Assembly (NCBI RefSeq): GCF_000025125.1
Contig: NC_013771.1
Location: 240,001-272,000 of the forward strand
Direction: 5' to 3'
Length of the DNA: 32,000 nt
Source: Candidatus Atelocyanobacterium thalassa isolate ALOHA
GTDB taxonomy: Bacteria; Cyanobacteriota; Cyanobacteriia; Cyanobacteriales; Microcystaceae
The translations under genes and the position numbers were made by a program. The notes beneath the pieces were generated by a model. That model saw only the letters and a program-made list of their open reading frames with translations, had not been told where the DNA came from and made no database searches. Every line of letters begins with the position of its first letter. Position 1 is the first letter of the stretch. Of this stretch, positions 20,467 to 30,084 are shown piece by piece.

Positions 20467-21618
20467 ATGAAATTTAAAAAGTATGTTTTTTTTGAAAAAG
20501 TATTAATAAGTGCCTTATTTTTGACTTTAAATGCCTGTGATAATAGCTTTCTAAAAACGAGATTATTTACTAATAATAAATTAAACGAACAAATAGAATC
20601 TAATTTACTTTCTAAACACAAGTATCTTTTTTATTATCCTTCTATTATTCCTCATTATCCTAATTCTTTTATAGCAAAAATTCCTGAAGCTTTAACAGAT
20701 GATAAAGGAAGCATCTTTTACCTGTCTAATGATTCTATAAAAGTAATAAGTGATTTTTATAATCAGCAATTCAAGTCGCATTCCTGGAAAATCATCAAGT
20801 CTTTCAGTAAAGAAGATAAAAGTTTTATAGCTAAAAAAGATGATTTAGAAGTGGAATTAGTATTTTTATCTCATGATGAAAAAACTAACTATTTCATAAA
20901 TTATAAAAATACAAAAACTGTTATTACACAAGAGAAAAAAGAAGTTTATGAAAATGAGGTTGGGAAATTTAAAAATATACCAAAAGTACTATATTCATAT
21001 GTGGGTGATTTAGTAGCTTTAGAAACACTAGATTTAAAGGTCAAGGAGGTAAACCAATTAATTGATACAAATGCACAAATAAATCGTAGGACTTATGCGA
21101 AATGGCTTTTTAAAACATACAATAAATTTTATCAAGACGTTCCGGAGAAACAAATTCGATTAGCATCATCTAATTTAAAACCTGTTTTTTCTGATGTTTC
21201 TAGTAATGATCCAGATTATCTTTATATACAGGGATTAGCAGAAGCAGGAATTATTCCATCTTCTTTAAGCAAAGACAATAACTCACTATTGTTTTATCCT
21301 GATGCTTATTTAACAAGAGAAAATTTAATAATATGGAAAGTCCCTCTAGATTTTGGCAAAGGATTGTCAATAATTCCTACTATAGATATTGAAAAAAATT
21401 GGGGGTTTCAAGATATAAAAACAATTAACCTAAAAGCTTTGCAGGCCTTATATATAGATTTTCACAACAAAGAAAAATCTAATATACGTCGCATTTTTGG
21501 TTATACCATATTGTTTCAGCCACAAAAACCAGTTACATTAGCTGAAGCAATTACTAGTTTATGGTATTTTGGATATCAAGAAAAAGGAATTTCAGCACGT
21601 GATATTTTACAGAAGTAA
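20467..21618 (+). CDS. Hypothetical lipoprotein with C-terminal SLH-like domain(s)
   Basis: The track ORF starts at TTG 20446. ATG 20467 (MKFKKYVFFEKVLISALFLTLNAC) with an AAGGGAA SD upstream is preferred. The signal peptide ends in a lipobox-like L-N-A-C. An SLH-like segment reads FSDVSSNDPDYLYIQGLAEAGIIP...FYPDAYLTRENL, and a second degenerate one reads FQPQKPVTLAEAITSL. No family beyond SLH is recognised. Confidence 0.65.
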   Translation: MKFKKYVFFEKVLISALFLTLNACDNSFLKTRLFTNNKLNEQIESNLLSKHKYLFYYPSIIPHYPNSFIAKIPEALTDDKGSIFYLSNDSIKVISDFYNQQFKSHSWKIIKSFSKEDKSFIAKKDDLEVELVFLSHDEKTNYFINYKNTKTVITQEKKEVYENEVGKFKNIPKVLYSYVGDLVALETLDLKVKEVNQLIDTNAQINRRTYAKWLFKTYNKFYQDVPEKQIRLASSNLKPVFSDVSSNDPDYLYIQGLAEAGIIPSSLSKDNNSLLFYPDAYLTRENLIIWKVPLDFGKGLSIIPTIDIEKNWGFQDIKTINLKALQALYIDFHNKEKSNIRRIFGYTILFQPQKPVTLAEAITSLWYFGYQEKGISARDILQK

Positions 21619-21797
21619 AAAATCTAAATTAGTCTCAAAAATCACTATAATCATTAGTTATAACTTATGGATATGGTGAAAAAACTTTTATATTATATTT
21701 TGTAGATATTAAAGCTGAGTTATTATTTTTTATGTTCTAGCAATTTTTAAGTTTTTATCGTATTAGTTTTTAAGAAGCACACACTAACATAAATTTT

Positions 21798-22949
21798 ATG
21801 AAATATATGATTAATGAACCAATCAAGCCCTTCTATTTTGATTTAACAGAAGAAGAAATAGATCTATTTAAGAATGAATGTGGAAAAATTCTTAGTTCAG
21901 GAAAGTTAATTCTTGGAGAAAATACTTTAGCATTTGAAAAAGCCTTTGCTGAATATGTAGGAACAAAGCATGCAATTGCAGTTAATACTGGTTCATCTGG
22001 CTTAGAGATTATTCTAAGACTTAAAAAAATAGAAAATACAACTGTATTAGTACCAACAAACACGAATTTTGCTACTGTAGCTGCCATATTGAGAGCCGGA
22101 GGAAAAGTAAAATATCTTGATATGGATGAGAAGACATTTGCACCTTCTTTGCAGATGGTGATAGATGCAGTTAAAGAAAATTCTATTCCTCCTATTTCTG
22201 GAGTATTATGGGTTCATATCGGGGGAGTAATTTCGCCTGAATTTCCTGCAGTAATAGAATATTGTCATAAAAATGGTCTATTTGTCTTAGAAGATACTGC
22301 TCATGCTCATGGAAGTCAAATAAATGGAATTCAAGCTGGTAATTTAGGAGATGGTGCATCTTTTTCTTTTTTCCCTACTAAAATCATGACGACTTTTGAA
22401 GGAGGAATGATTACTCTAAATGATGATGAAGAAGACTATATTGCTCGTTCATTAAGAAATCAAGGAAAAAGAGGAATGGATTTTGGTGGATTACATACAG
22501 ACTTTGGGAATAGCAGTCGTATGACAGAAGTTCATGCGGTTTTAGGGCTCATCCAATTAACTAAATTATCAAAAATGATTGCTAAACGACAAAGATGTTA
22601 TGACATCATTACTAAACATTTACAAGAAGCAAATATTAATTTTGTCTCTACGGAGCATATGGATAGTGCAAGTCAATATAAGTTAATAGTTTTATTACCT
22701 AAAGATAAAAATGTAGAAGAAATTAAAAAATCTTTATTTAATGAAAAAGTTCTTTTAGGAGGAGAAGTCTATCAGATTCCTTGTCATTTACAACCCGTCT
22801 TTAAAAACATTAACGGAGGACAAGAAAATCTTCCTATTGCTGAATATTGGTGTCCTCGCCATATTTGTCCTCCATTAACATCTGGAATGACAGATGAAGA
22901 AGCTGATATTACAGGAAAGATGCTAGTAAAGTATTTAACAGCTAGTTAA
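21798..22949 (+). CDS. DegT/DnrJ/EryC1/StrS-family PLP-dependent (sugar) aminotransferase
   Basis: 383 aa. It has GENTLAFEKAFAEYVG, NTGSSGLEI, EDTAHAHGS and a PLP-lysine region SFFPTKIMTTFEGG. Confidence 0.82.
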   Translation: MKYMINEPIKPFYFDLTEEEIDLFKNECGKILSSGKLILGENTLAFEKAFAEYVGTKHAIAVNTGSSGLEIILRLKKIENTTVLVPTNTNFATVAAILRAGGKVKYLDMDEKTFAPSLQMVIDAVKENSIPPISGVLWVHIGGVISPEFPAVIEYCHKNGLFVLEDTAHAHGSQINGIQAGNLGDGASFSFFPTKIMTTFEGGMITLNDDEEDYIARSLRNQGKRGMDFGGLHTDFGNSSRMTEVHAVLGLIQLTKLSKMIAKRQRCYDIITKHLQEANINFVSTEHMDSASQYKLIVLLPKDKNVEEIKKSLFNEKVLLGGEVYQIPCHLQPVFKNINGGQENLPIAEYWCPRHICPPLTSGMTDEEADITGKMLVKYLTAS

Positions 22950-23047
22950 ATACTTTATCGTGTTAGATATTTTATATTTATATGGACTTGACGATTATTT
23001 TTTCATATTAATTATAAATTAAGTCTCTTTGTATTTTTTATTAATTA

Positions 23048-23084
23048 TATTTTTCAGTAAAAAATTCATTTTCACTGAAAAATA
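23048..23084. terminator. Hairpin between the convergent DegT-family gene and cysK
   Basis: tatttttcagt / 15-nt loop / actgaaaaata gives an 11-bp perfect stem, extendable with a bulge. It is followed on the plus strand by the T-rich tgatttgtttttc. Confidence 0.45.
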
Positions 23085-23117
23085 TGATTTGTTTTTCTGA
23101 TTCTTCAAGCTTATTTT

Positions 23118-24065
23118 TTATTTAGATACTTCTAAATCTTGGAACAAAATAGTACTTAAATAACGTTCGCCAAAACTTGGTTGTATCATAACAATTAATT
23201 TATTTTTATTTTCTGGTCTTTTCCCAATTTTTATTGCAGCACATAAAGCTGCCCCTGTAGATATACCTGATAATAATCCTTCTTCTTTGGCAAGCCTTCT
23301 TGCATACTCAATTGCTTCCATATCTTCAACTGTAACAATTTCATCGATTAATTCCACATCTAAAACTTTAGGAACAAAACCTGCTCCAATACCCTGAATT
23401 TTATGTCCTCCTGGGCTTCCCCCTGAAAGTATTGGACTATTCGCTGGCTCGACTGCGATTGCTTGAAAGTTTGCTTTTCTTTGTTTAAGAATATTTGCAA
23501 TTCCAGTAATTGTACCTCCAGTACCAACACCAGCAATGAGAATATCTACATTACCATCAGTATCTTCCCAAATTTCTTCTCCTGTTGTTAAGCTATGTAT
23601 TTGAGGATTAGCGGGATTATTAAATTGTTGTAGCATGTAAGCATTAGGTAAACTATCTACTATTTCTTGAGCTTTGCGAATACAACCACCCATTCCTTCG
23701 CCACCTGGTGTTAGTTCTAACTGTGCTCCATAAGCTTTTAGCATTGAGCGGCGTTCTTTACTCATAGTATCTGGCATTGTTAATATTAAGTCATAACCTT
23801 TAGCGGCTGCTACCATAGCTAAAGCAATGCCTGTGTTTCCTGATGTAGGCTCTACTAAAATAGTCTTACCAGGAGTAATTAAATCTTCTTTTTCAGCCAT
23901 TGTAATCATATTAATTCCAATACGATCTTTTACTGAAGATGCCGGATTCATACTTTCCAGCTTTACTAGAATTCTTGCTACACAACCTTCTGCTTGAGGA
24001 ATATGATTTAGTTGTACAAGTGGAGTCTTCCCAATAAGCTCTGTAATATTTTGCGCTATTTTCAT
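23118..24065 (-). CDS. cysK: Cysteine synthase A (O-acetylserine sulfhydrylase)
   Basis: 315 aa. It has the PLP-lysine motif SVKDRIG, the substrate loop TSGNTG and the phosphate loop GTGGTITG. Confidence 0.93.
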   Translation of the reverse strand: MKIAQNITELIGKTPLVQLNHIPQAEGCVARILVKLESMNPASSVKDRIGINMITMAEKEDLITPGKTILVEPTSGNTGIALAMVAAAKGYDLILTMPDTMSKERRSMLKAYGAQLELTPGGEGMGGCIRKAQEIVDSLPNAYMLQQFNNPANPQIHSLTTGEEIWEDTDGNVDILIAGVGTGGTITGIANILKQRKANFQAIAVEPANSPILSGGSPGGHKIQGIGAGFVPKVLDVELIDEIVTVEDMEAIEYARRLAKEEGLLSGISTGAALCAAIKIGKRPENKNKLIVMIQPSFGERYLSTILFQDLEVSK

Positions 24066-24149
24066 AAGTTTTTATTTCTATTAGAAAAATTTGTATTCTA
24101 CTGTTTTAAGACTTTACAAGACATTTTTAAATATTCTTTATTTTTTCTT

Positions 24150-24216
24150 TACTTAATTCTAGATACTAAAAAGCCCTATCTTAAAGATAGGGCCTTTTAG
24201 TATCTAGAATTAAGTA
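24150..24216 (-). terminator. 67-nt near-perfect palindrome (31 stem positions with one A-C mismatch, 5-nt loop), terminator of the porin gene
   Basis: Paired base by base across 24150-24180 and 24186-24216. The GC-rich core is gccctatc/gatagggc. On the minus-strand RNA the core is followed by UUUUU, and on the plus strand by CUUUU. It lies 21 nt past the porin stop and 85 nt upstream of the cysK ATG. Confidence 0.6.
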
Positions 24217-24236
24217 TGAATTAAATCATTTAATAT

Positions 24237-26228
24237 CTAGAAGGAGAATGTTCCACGAAGAGTACCAACTACTTCATCATCTGCGCCTTGAATGTTAACA
24301 AATTGATCAGGATTTGCAATCCAAATAACGCCTGGAGTAATGGAAATATTGTCAGTAAGTTGATATCTGTAGAATACTTCAGCGGTTACAGGGTTACGGC
24401 TAGGTAACTCAAAGAAACCACTTGTACGTCCTAAATAAGGACGTTGACGTCCACCTTGGTAAGGCTGAACCCCAGCGAATATACCTAGTAAGTTACCTTC
24501 TTTAAATAGATCTGGGAATGCGAATCCGCCTCCACCAGTCCAAACTTCAGCACTTTTTCCACGGCCAAGGAAACGAACATTAGTGAAAGAACCAAATGCA
24601 CTAAAGTTCATCCATTCAGCAATACGCCATGTCATTTCACCACCATAACTGTTAGTGACTTTACCACCAATGTCAAATGGGTTAACTTGTAAAGGATCAT
24701 TAGCATTATTACCATTGCCGTTGAAAACTTTGGTTGGGGTACCAGGAGAACCTACACTACCTTCAGCAAAAGCATTATTCAACTCAGAACGAGAGAAGTT
24801 AGCGAAAGAAGTTCCTACTTCACCAGGACCAAAAGGAATTCCGGATCCGAAGATAGGACTATCAGGTTTATGGTAAGCATGAACATATGTGAAAGCAATA
24901 TTTACTAAATCAAATAAGTTTGCATTTAGCTGTGCTAATCCACCATAGTTACCATTGAATAAACCGTTACCACCGTCACTTTCTGTATAAGGATTACCAG
25001 TAGCAGGATTAGTAGCGTTGCTATTTTGACATCCACGGATACTACGATCTACGTTTTGTCCTCCGCCATTGACACAAGGATCATTAGATGTTCCAGCAAG
25101 GTAACCAAAACTAACGGAGGTAGGTCCAATTAGGCTTTCTAGGAAGCCAACTTGGAAACTCATACCTGCACCAGCACCACCACCAATTCTATAAATTGGG
25201 TTACGCTGAGCAAATGTACTTAAAGATCCCTTACCACCATCAAAATCTTCGAAGAATGGGTTTAATGTAGGAACGAAATGATGCCATCTTCCACCCCAAG
25301 CGGTGACATAGGTATCTAATTTCCAGTTATCTAAGGGTTCTATAGGTGCGTAATAACCAACCCAATCAACAGTTACATCATTGTCTTCTTCATTGCGTCG
25401 AGGACCAATGTTGAAGGTTTGAGTTGCTGTAGGATTAATTAGTGTATTTTCTTTAAATGCAATACCAATTGGTTGACCAGTAGCAGGGTTGATAACTCTT
25501 AAGTTAGGCTCAGTTAGAGTAAAACGTTCAGAACCGGTACCTGTACTAGCAGATAAGCGAGTAACTAATAAATCTTCTCCACTAAAACTAGTGTTGAAGC
25601 TTAATCTAATACGATCTTGTAAAACAGCTTGGTTATCTTCAGAAGAGCGACTACCACCAGCTGCTGTTGCTGCCATGATAACTTCACCAACTAACTTAGT
25701 AGTGGTAGAGAATTGATGATCTTCTAAGAAAGATACACGTCCTTCTAAGTTATCAACTCGAGCACCTAATGCAGCTAATTCAGCTTCAAATTCTTGCATT
25801 AAGCGTTTAAGCTTTTCAATATCTTCTCTTAATACAGCAACATTCTCTTGAATCAAACGTTCCATGGTATTTAGACAAGCGTTTAATCCAGCTGCGAATT
25901 CCCAACGTGATGTTGCGCGATTACCTCTAAAAGTACGATCAGGATAACCTACAATACATCCGTAGCGCTCTACAAGGCTTCTTAGCGCTTCATAAGCCCA
26001 TTCGGTAGGAGCTACATCACGTAGTTCACTAACGCTGGTAACTTGGTCATTAGTATTAAGTTGACCTTCTTGACTGTAATTTTCTAATTTTTCTAGTAGG
26101 CTGTCTTGACCTTTTGCGATTTCAATGTCAGACAGTCCTTCTGCTGCATTAGCAGGAACAGAAATTGATAATACTGCACCCATTAAAGCTGGGCTTACCA
26201 GCAGGGTTTTCCATAATAATTTTAGCAT
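24237..26228 (-). CDS. Outer-membrane porin, SLH domain plus coiled coil plus OprB-type beta-barrel (Slr1841/Som-like cyanobacterial porin)
   Basis: 663 aa. The signal peptide ends ...SVPANA. The SLH motif is DVAPTEWAYEALRSLVERYGCIVGYPDRTFRGNRATSRWEFAAGL. A heptad-like linker reads LREDIEKLKRLMQEFEAELAALGARVDNLEGRVSFLEDHQF. A Gly/Asn-rich barrel ends in the aromatic ...GTFSF. G+C is visibly higher than in neighbouring genes, suggesting high expression. Confidence 0.88.
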   Translation of the reverse strand: MLKLLWKTLLVSPALMGAVLSISVPANAAEGLSDIEIAKGQDSLLEKLENYSQEGQLNTNDQVTSVSELRDVAPTEWAYEALRSLVERYGCIVGYPDRTFRGNRATSRWEFAAGLNACLNTMERLIQENVAVLREDIEKLKRLMQEFEAELAALGARVDNLEGRVSFLEDHQFSTTTKLVGEVIMAATAAGGSRSSEDNQAVLQDRIRLSFNTSFSGEDLLVTRLSASTGTGSERFTLTEPNLRVINPATGQPIGIAFKENTLINPTATQTFNIGPRRNEEDNDVTVDWVGYYAPIEPLDNWKLDTYVTAWGGRWHHFVPTLNPFFEDFDGGKGSLSTFAQRNPIYRIGGGAGAGMSFQVGFLESLIGPTSVSFGYLAGTSNDPCVNGGGQNVDRSIRGCQNSNATNPATGNPYTESDGGNGLFNGNYGGLAQLNANLFDLVNIAFTYVHAYHKPDSPIFGSGIPFGPGEVGTSFANFSRSELNNAFAEGSVGSPGTPTKVFNGNGNNANDPLQVNPFDIGGKVTNSYGGEMTWRIAEWMNFSAFGSFTNVRFLGRGKSAEVWTGGGGFAFPDLFKEGNLLGIFAGVQPYQGGRQRPYLGRTSGFFELPSRNPVTAEVFYRYQLTDNISITPGVIWIANPDQFVNIQGADDEVVGTLRGTFSF

Positions 26229-26236
26229 TTTCAGCT

Positions 26237-26248
26237 TTTCCTCACACC
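26237..26248 (-). promoter_or_regulatory. Porin RBS region GGTGTGAGGAAA (SD GAGGA, 10 nt before the ATG); contains GUGUGAGGA, complementary to the Yfr1 sRNA loop
   Basis: The minus strand reads aaGGTGTGAGGAAAagctgaaaATG, derived base by base from plus 26226-26250. Confidence 0.45.
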
Positions 26249-26536
26249 TTTAAATTGACTATAGAATAATAGCCTCACTCACATTTCTATAATACACAAT
26301 TTTTTGAAAAATAGTGAGAAATAAGCTTAACTTTTATATATATTTTCTTAAATTATTTATTTATTAATGTACAAATGTTTCCATACAAGGGTTTGGCAGT
26401 TTAATTTTGTATTATTTTAAATAAAAGAAATTTACTTTTATCAAGTTAATTCACTCATAACTTATATTCATTAAGAATATATTTATGAATTAAATACTTT
26501 TTATGCCCTATTAATTTTAATTATTTACATATAAAT

Positions 26537-27793
26537 ATGAGTATTGACTCTCTTTTGTTACCTTTTCAACGCTTTGGAATTCATTTAGGCCTTGAACGCA
26601 TTAATAATTTACTAACTAAGTTAGAAAATCCTTGTCAAAACATTCCTATTATTCATGTTGGAGGAAGTAATGGAAAAGGTTCAGTTTGTGCTTATTTGTC
26701 ATCAATATTGATTGAGGCTGGTTATAAGGTAGGACTTTATACATCTCCTCATTTAATAAACTGGACAGAAAGAATTTGTTTAAACAATCAACCAATATCA
26801 GAATTACATTTAAAAGAGATACTTATTAATATTCAAAATTTAATCTTCAATGATCAGGATGCTCCTACTCAATTTGAAGTAATAACAGCCGCAGCTTTAG
26901 CTTATTTTGAGCAAGAGAAGGTAGATATTATTGTTATGGAGGTTGGTTTAGGAGGACGTTTAGATGCTACAAATATTTGCAAATCTCCTTTAGTAACAGT
27001 TATCACATCTATTAGCCTAGAGCACTGTCAAAATTTAGGTCCAACTCTAACAGATATTGCTCGCGAAAAATCTGGAATTTTCAAATTTAATTGTCCAGTA
27101 GTTATCGGCGAAGTCCCTAATGAAGCCAAAGCCATATTTATATCTAGAATTAAAGCTTTAGAATGCCCTAGTGTTTGGGTCCAACCAGCAATTTTTACCA
27201 AAAATAATTCAGCCATTTATGACAATATTGAATATTCTCTAGCTTTACAAGGAGAAGTTCAGTTAAGTAATTCAGCTATATCAATAGAAGTAATTAAAAT
27301 CTTAAAACAAAGAGGTTGGAATATTCCTATTAGCTGCATTCAGGATGGGATTAAAAAAACGTTATGGAGAGGAAGATTAGAATGGCTAACTTGGGAAGGC
27401 ATGAATTTATTAGTAGATGGTGCGCATAATCCAGATGCTGCGAAAATGCTACGTCACCATACTGATAGTTTAAATAAACCTATTACTTGGATAATAGGAA
27501 TTATAAACACTAAAGAACATGATAAGATTTTTAAAGAATTATTAAAAAATAATGACACTATATATTTAGTACCTATATCTGACCATAACAATATAAAGCC
27601 CAAAAACTTGTTAAGATCCATAATTAGTTGTTCTGTTGAATTGGAGGAAATTAGAGTTGAAAAAACATTGAACTCTGCTCTGAAAAAGATTACTAATAGA
27701 CAATCTAATAAAAATCTGGTTGTTTTATGTGGTTCTCTGTATCTAGTTGGTTATCTTCTTAGAACTATAGAGTCTTCTAAGCCTAAATTATAA
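26537..27793 (+). CDS. folC: Bifunctional folylpolyglutamate synthase/dihydrofolate synthase
   Basis: 418 aa. It has the Mur-ligase-type P-loop HVGGSNGKGS, TSPHL and VMEVGLGGRLDATN, plus a C-terminal DGAHNPDA. Confidence 0.9.
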   Translation: MSIDSLLLPFQRFGIHLGLERINNLLTKLENPCQNIPIIHVGGSNGKGSVCAYLSSILIEAGYKVGLYTSPHLINWTERICLNNQPISELHLKEILINIQNLIFNDQDAPTQFEVITAAALAYFEQEKVDIIVMEVGLGGRLDATNICKSPLVTVITSISLEHCQNLGPTLTDIAREKSGIFKFNCPVVIGEVPNEAKAIFISRIKALECPSVWVQPAIFTKNNSAIYDNIEYSLALQGEVQLSNSAISIEVIKILKQRGWNIPISCIQDGIKKTLWRGRLEWLTWEGMNLLVDGAHNPDAAKMLRHHTDSLNKPITWIIGIINTKEHDKIFKELLKNNDTIYLVPISDHNNIKPKNLLRSIISCSVELEEIRVEKTLNSALKKITNRQSNKNLVVLCGSLYLVGYLLRTIESSKPKL

Positions 27794-27829
27794 AAACCTA
27801 AATCATACTAAGATTTAATAATAACTAAT

Positions 27830-28585
27830 ATGTTTTATGTTGACATACTCAATTCTTTAGAAACTAAGCTTTATTTTTTTGAACAGTTTGCCAATAAAGT
27901 AGTTTCTGCTCAATTGGAACATATTAATATTGTAGGTTTTGCAATTATCGTCTTTGCAGGACTTTTAACTAGTTTAAATCCATGTGTTGTTTCTATGTTA
28001 CCAATCACTATTGCTTATATTGGTTGCCACGAGTCTCAAAAAAAGGTTGAAGGATTTATTCAATCTTTCTTATTTTCTTTAGGTTTAGCAACAACATTAG
28101 TATTATTAGGTATAACTGCGGCACTGTTAGGTAAAATTTACGGACAAGTTGGGATACAATCACCAATCTTTGTAAGTATAATTTCGATATTGATGGGTTT
28201 AAATCTATTAGGTTTAGTTTCATTTCAATTCCCTTCTGTGAGAGTAGAGAACTGGGTTATTAATAAGCTGAATTTAAGAATTCGTGCTTATCTTTTTGGT
28301 ATGACTTTTGGTTTGGTCGCTTCTCCCTGTAGTACACCTGTTTTAGCAACTTTATTGACTTGGGTTACTAATACTCAAAATCTAGCTTTAGGAGCAAGTG
28401 TATTATTAGCATATACGATTGGCTACGTATCACCATTAATTTTAGTAGGGACTTTTACTGCAACTCTTAAACAGATACTAAATTTTCGTCGCTGGTCAGC
28501 AATTATTAATCCTATGAGTGCCGTTTTATTAATAGGATTTGGAACATTCTCTTTACTGTCACATATATCATTAAGCTATTTCTAG
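27830..28585 (+). CDS. ccdA: Cytochrome c biogenesis thiol-disulfide transporter CcdA (DsbD family)
   Basis: 251 aa with about 6 TM helices. Conserved Cys residues lie in LTSLNPCVVSMLP and LVASPCSTPVL. It lies 36 nt after folC. Confidence 0.88.
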   Translation: MFYVDILNSLETKLYFFEQFANKVVSAQLEHINIVGFAIIVFAGLLTSLNPCVVSMLPITIAYIGCHESQKKVEGFIQSFLFSLGLATTLVLLGITAALLGKIYGQVGIQSPIFVSIISILMGLNLLGLVSFQFPSVRVENWVINKLNLRIRAYLFGMTFGLVASPCSTPVLATLLTWVTNTQNLALGASVLLAYTIGYVSPLILVGTFTATLKQILNFRRWSAIINPMSAVLLIGFGTFSLLSHISLSYF

Positions 28586-28639
28586 AGATATTAAATGTCT
28601 TGATTTTTAACTTTATCTTTAATTAAAGTAATTTAACTT

Positions 28640-29992
28640 ATGATTACATCTAACTTTGCCGTAAAGCTAAATAAAGTTTCCTTCTTGAAATTAAAATTAT
28701 GGCAAACGATGAGAGTGATCATAGATATACGTTTAACAGTTAGTTTATTACTATTAATAGCTTTAGTTAGCATTAGTGGAACTTTAATAGAGCAAGAGAA
28801 AAGCCTTGAATTCTATCAAAAAGCTTATCCTGATTCACCTGCTCTTTTCGGTTTTTTAACATGGAATCTAATCTTACTATTAGGTTTAAATCATGTTTAC
28901 AGTACTTGGTGGTTTTTATTGTTGTTGGCACTATTTAGCTTAAGTTTAATCTTATGCACTTTTACTCGCCAATGGTCTGCACTAAAAGCTACAAATAAAT
29001 GGATTTTTTATAAAAAACCACATCAATTTCAGAAATTATTATTGAGTTCAGAATTAAAAGCTAAAAAAATAATCCCCATTATCAATATTTTAAAAGAAAA
29101 AAAATATAAAATTTTTCAAGAGAACAATACCATCTATGCTCGTAAAGGAATTCTTGGAAAAATTGGACCTATTGTCGTACATATTGGAATATTGATTACA
29201 TTGTGCGGGGCAGTTCTTGGTTCTTTAACAGGATTTTTAGAACAAAAAATGGTTGCTAGCGGATCTGAATTTAAAATCAATAGTCATCTTAATCTAGGTC
29301 CTTTGTCCACCTTACAGAGTTCTAGAAATTGGAAAGTCCGAGTTAATCGATTTTGGATTGACTATAATTCTAAAGGATCAGTTGATCAATTTTATTCTGA
29401 TCTATCTATCATAAACGATGATGATGAAGAGTTGAAAAAAGAAACTATTTATGTAAATAAACCATTGCGTTACGATGGGGTTACTATATACCAAACAGAC
29501 TGGGGAATTTCATCAGCTCAAATTCAAATTGATAATGGTAATATTTTTCAACTTCCTATGGCGTCTTTAGAAAATAATAACCAGTCTAAAATATGGGGTA
29601 CATGGATACCTTTGAAAAATGATTTAAGCAAAGGGATTTCATTAATTGCTAAAGACTTACAGGGAACCATGATTATTTATGATGAGAATGGCAGTCTTGA
29701 CAGCGCAGTTAGAATTGGGATGCCATTAGTAATTAATGGCGTGGAACTAAAAGTTCATAAGCTAATAGGAAGTACTGGGTTTCAAATTAAAGCAGATCCA
29801 GGAATTCCCCTCGTTTACACTGGTTTCGGCTTATTAATGCTTGGTGTGATTATGAGCTATATATCTCATTCTCAAATTTGGATACTACAAACTAATCACA
29901 CATGCTTAATAGGCGGGAAGACAAATAGATCCCAAATAACCTTCGAAAAGGAAATTATAGGTATAATTGACTCTCTAGAATGTTCTGAATAG
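28640..29992 (+). CDS. ccs1: Cytochrome c biogenesis protein Ccs1/CcsB (ResB family, System II)
   Basis: 450 aa. It has N-terminal TM helices, a large soluble loop and a C-terminal TM, and resembles the ResB family (VHIGILITLCGA, IYQTDWG). Its position directly after ccdA matches the cyanobacterial arrangement. Confidence 0.88.
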   Translation: MITSNFAVKLNKVSFLKLKLWQTMRVIIDIRLTVSLLLLIALVSISGTLIEQEKSLEFYQKAYPDSPALFGFLTWNLILLLGLNHVYSTWWFLLLLALFSLSLILCTFTRQWSALKATNKWIFYKKPHQFQKLLLSSELKAKKIIPIINILKEKKYKIFQENNTIYARKGILGKIGPIVVHIGILITLCGAVLGSLTGFLEQKMVASGSEFKINSHLNLGPLSTLQSSRNWKVRVNRFWIDYNSKGSVDQFYSDLSIINDDDEELKKETIYVNKPLRYDGVTIYQTDWGISSAQIQIDNGNIFQLPMASLENNNQSKIWGTWIPLKNDLSKGISLIAKDLQGTMIIYDENGSLDSAVRIGMPLVINGVELKVHKLIGSTGFQIKADPGIPLVYTGFGLLMLGVIMSYISHSQIWILQTNHTCLIGGKTNRSQITFEKEIIGIIDSLECSE

Positions 29993-30019
29993 CTTAATTT
30001 ATTAACCCTAATACAAAAA

Positions 30020-30048
30020 AGACTCTCTGCTTTTATAGCAGAGAGTTT
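30020..30048. terminator. Hairpin between convergent ccs1 and rplL (intrinsic terminator, best in the rplL direction)
   Basis: aGACTCTCTGC / ttttata / GCAGAGAGTtt. On the minus-strand RNA the stem is followed by CUUUUUUG. Confidence 0.6.
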
Positions 30049-30084
30049 GCAGTAGATAACTTTTAAAGTAATTATCTATCTATT

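Noticed and set aside
8073-30048. The idea that the long hairpins form a MITE/REP-like dispersed repeat family
   Set aside because: I compared the arms of all eight hairpins. They share no common sequence, have no target-site duplications, and each sits at a gene 3' end, so they behave as independent terminators.
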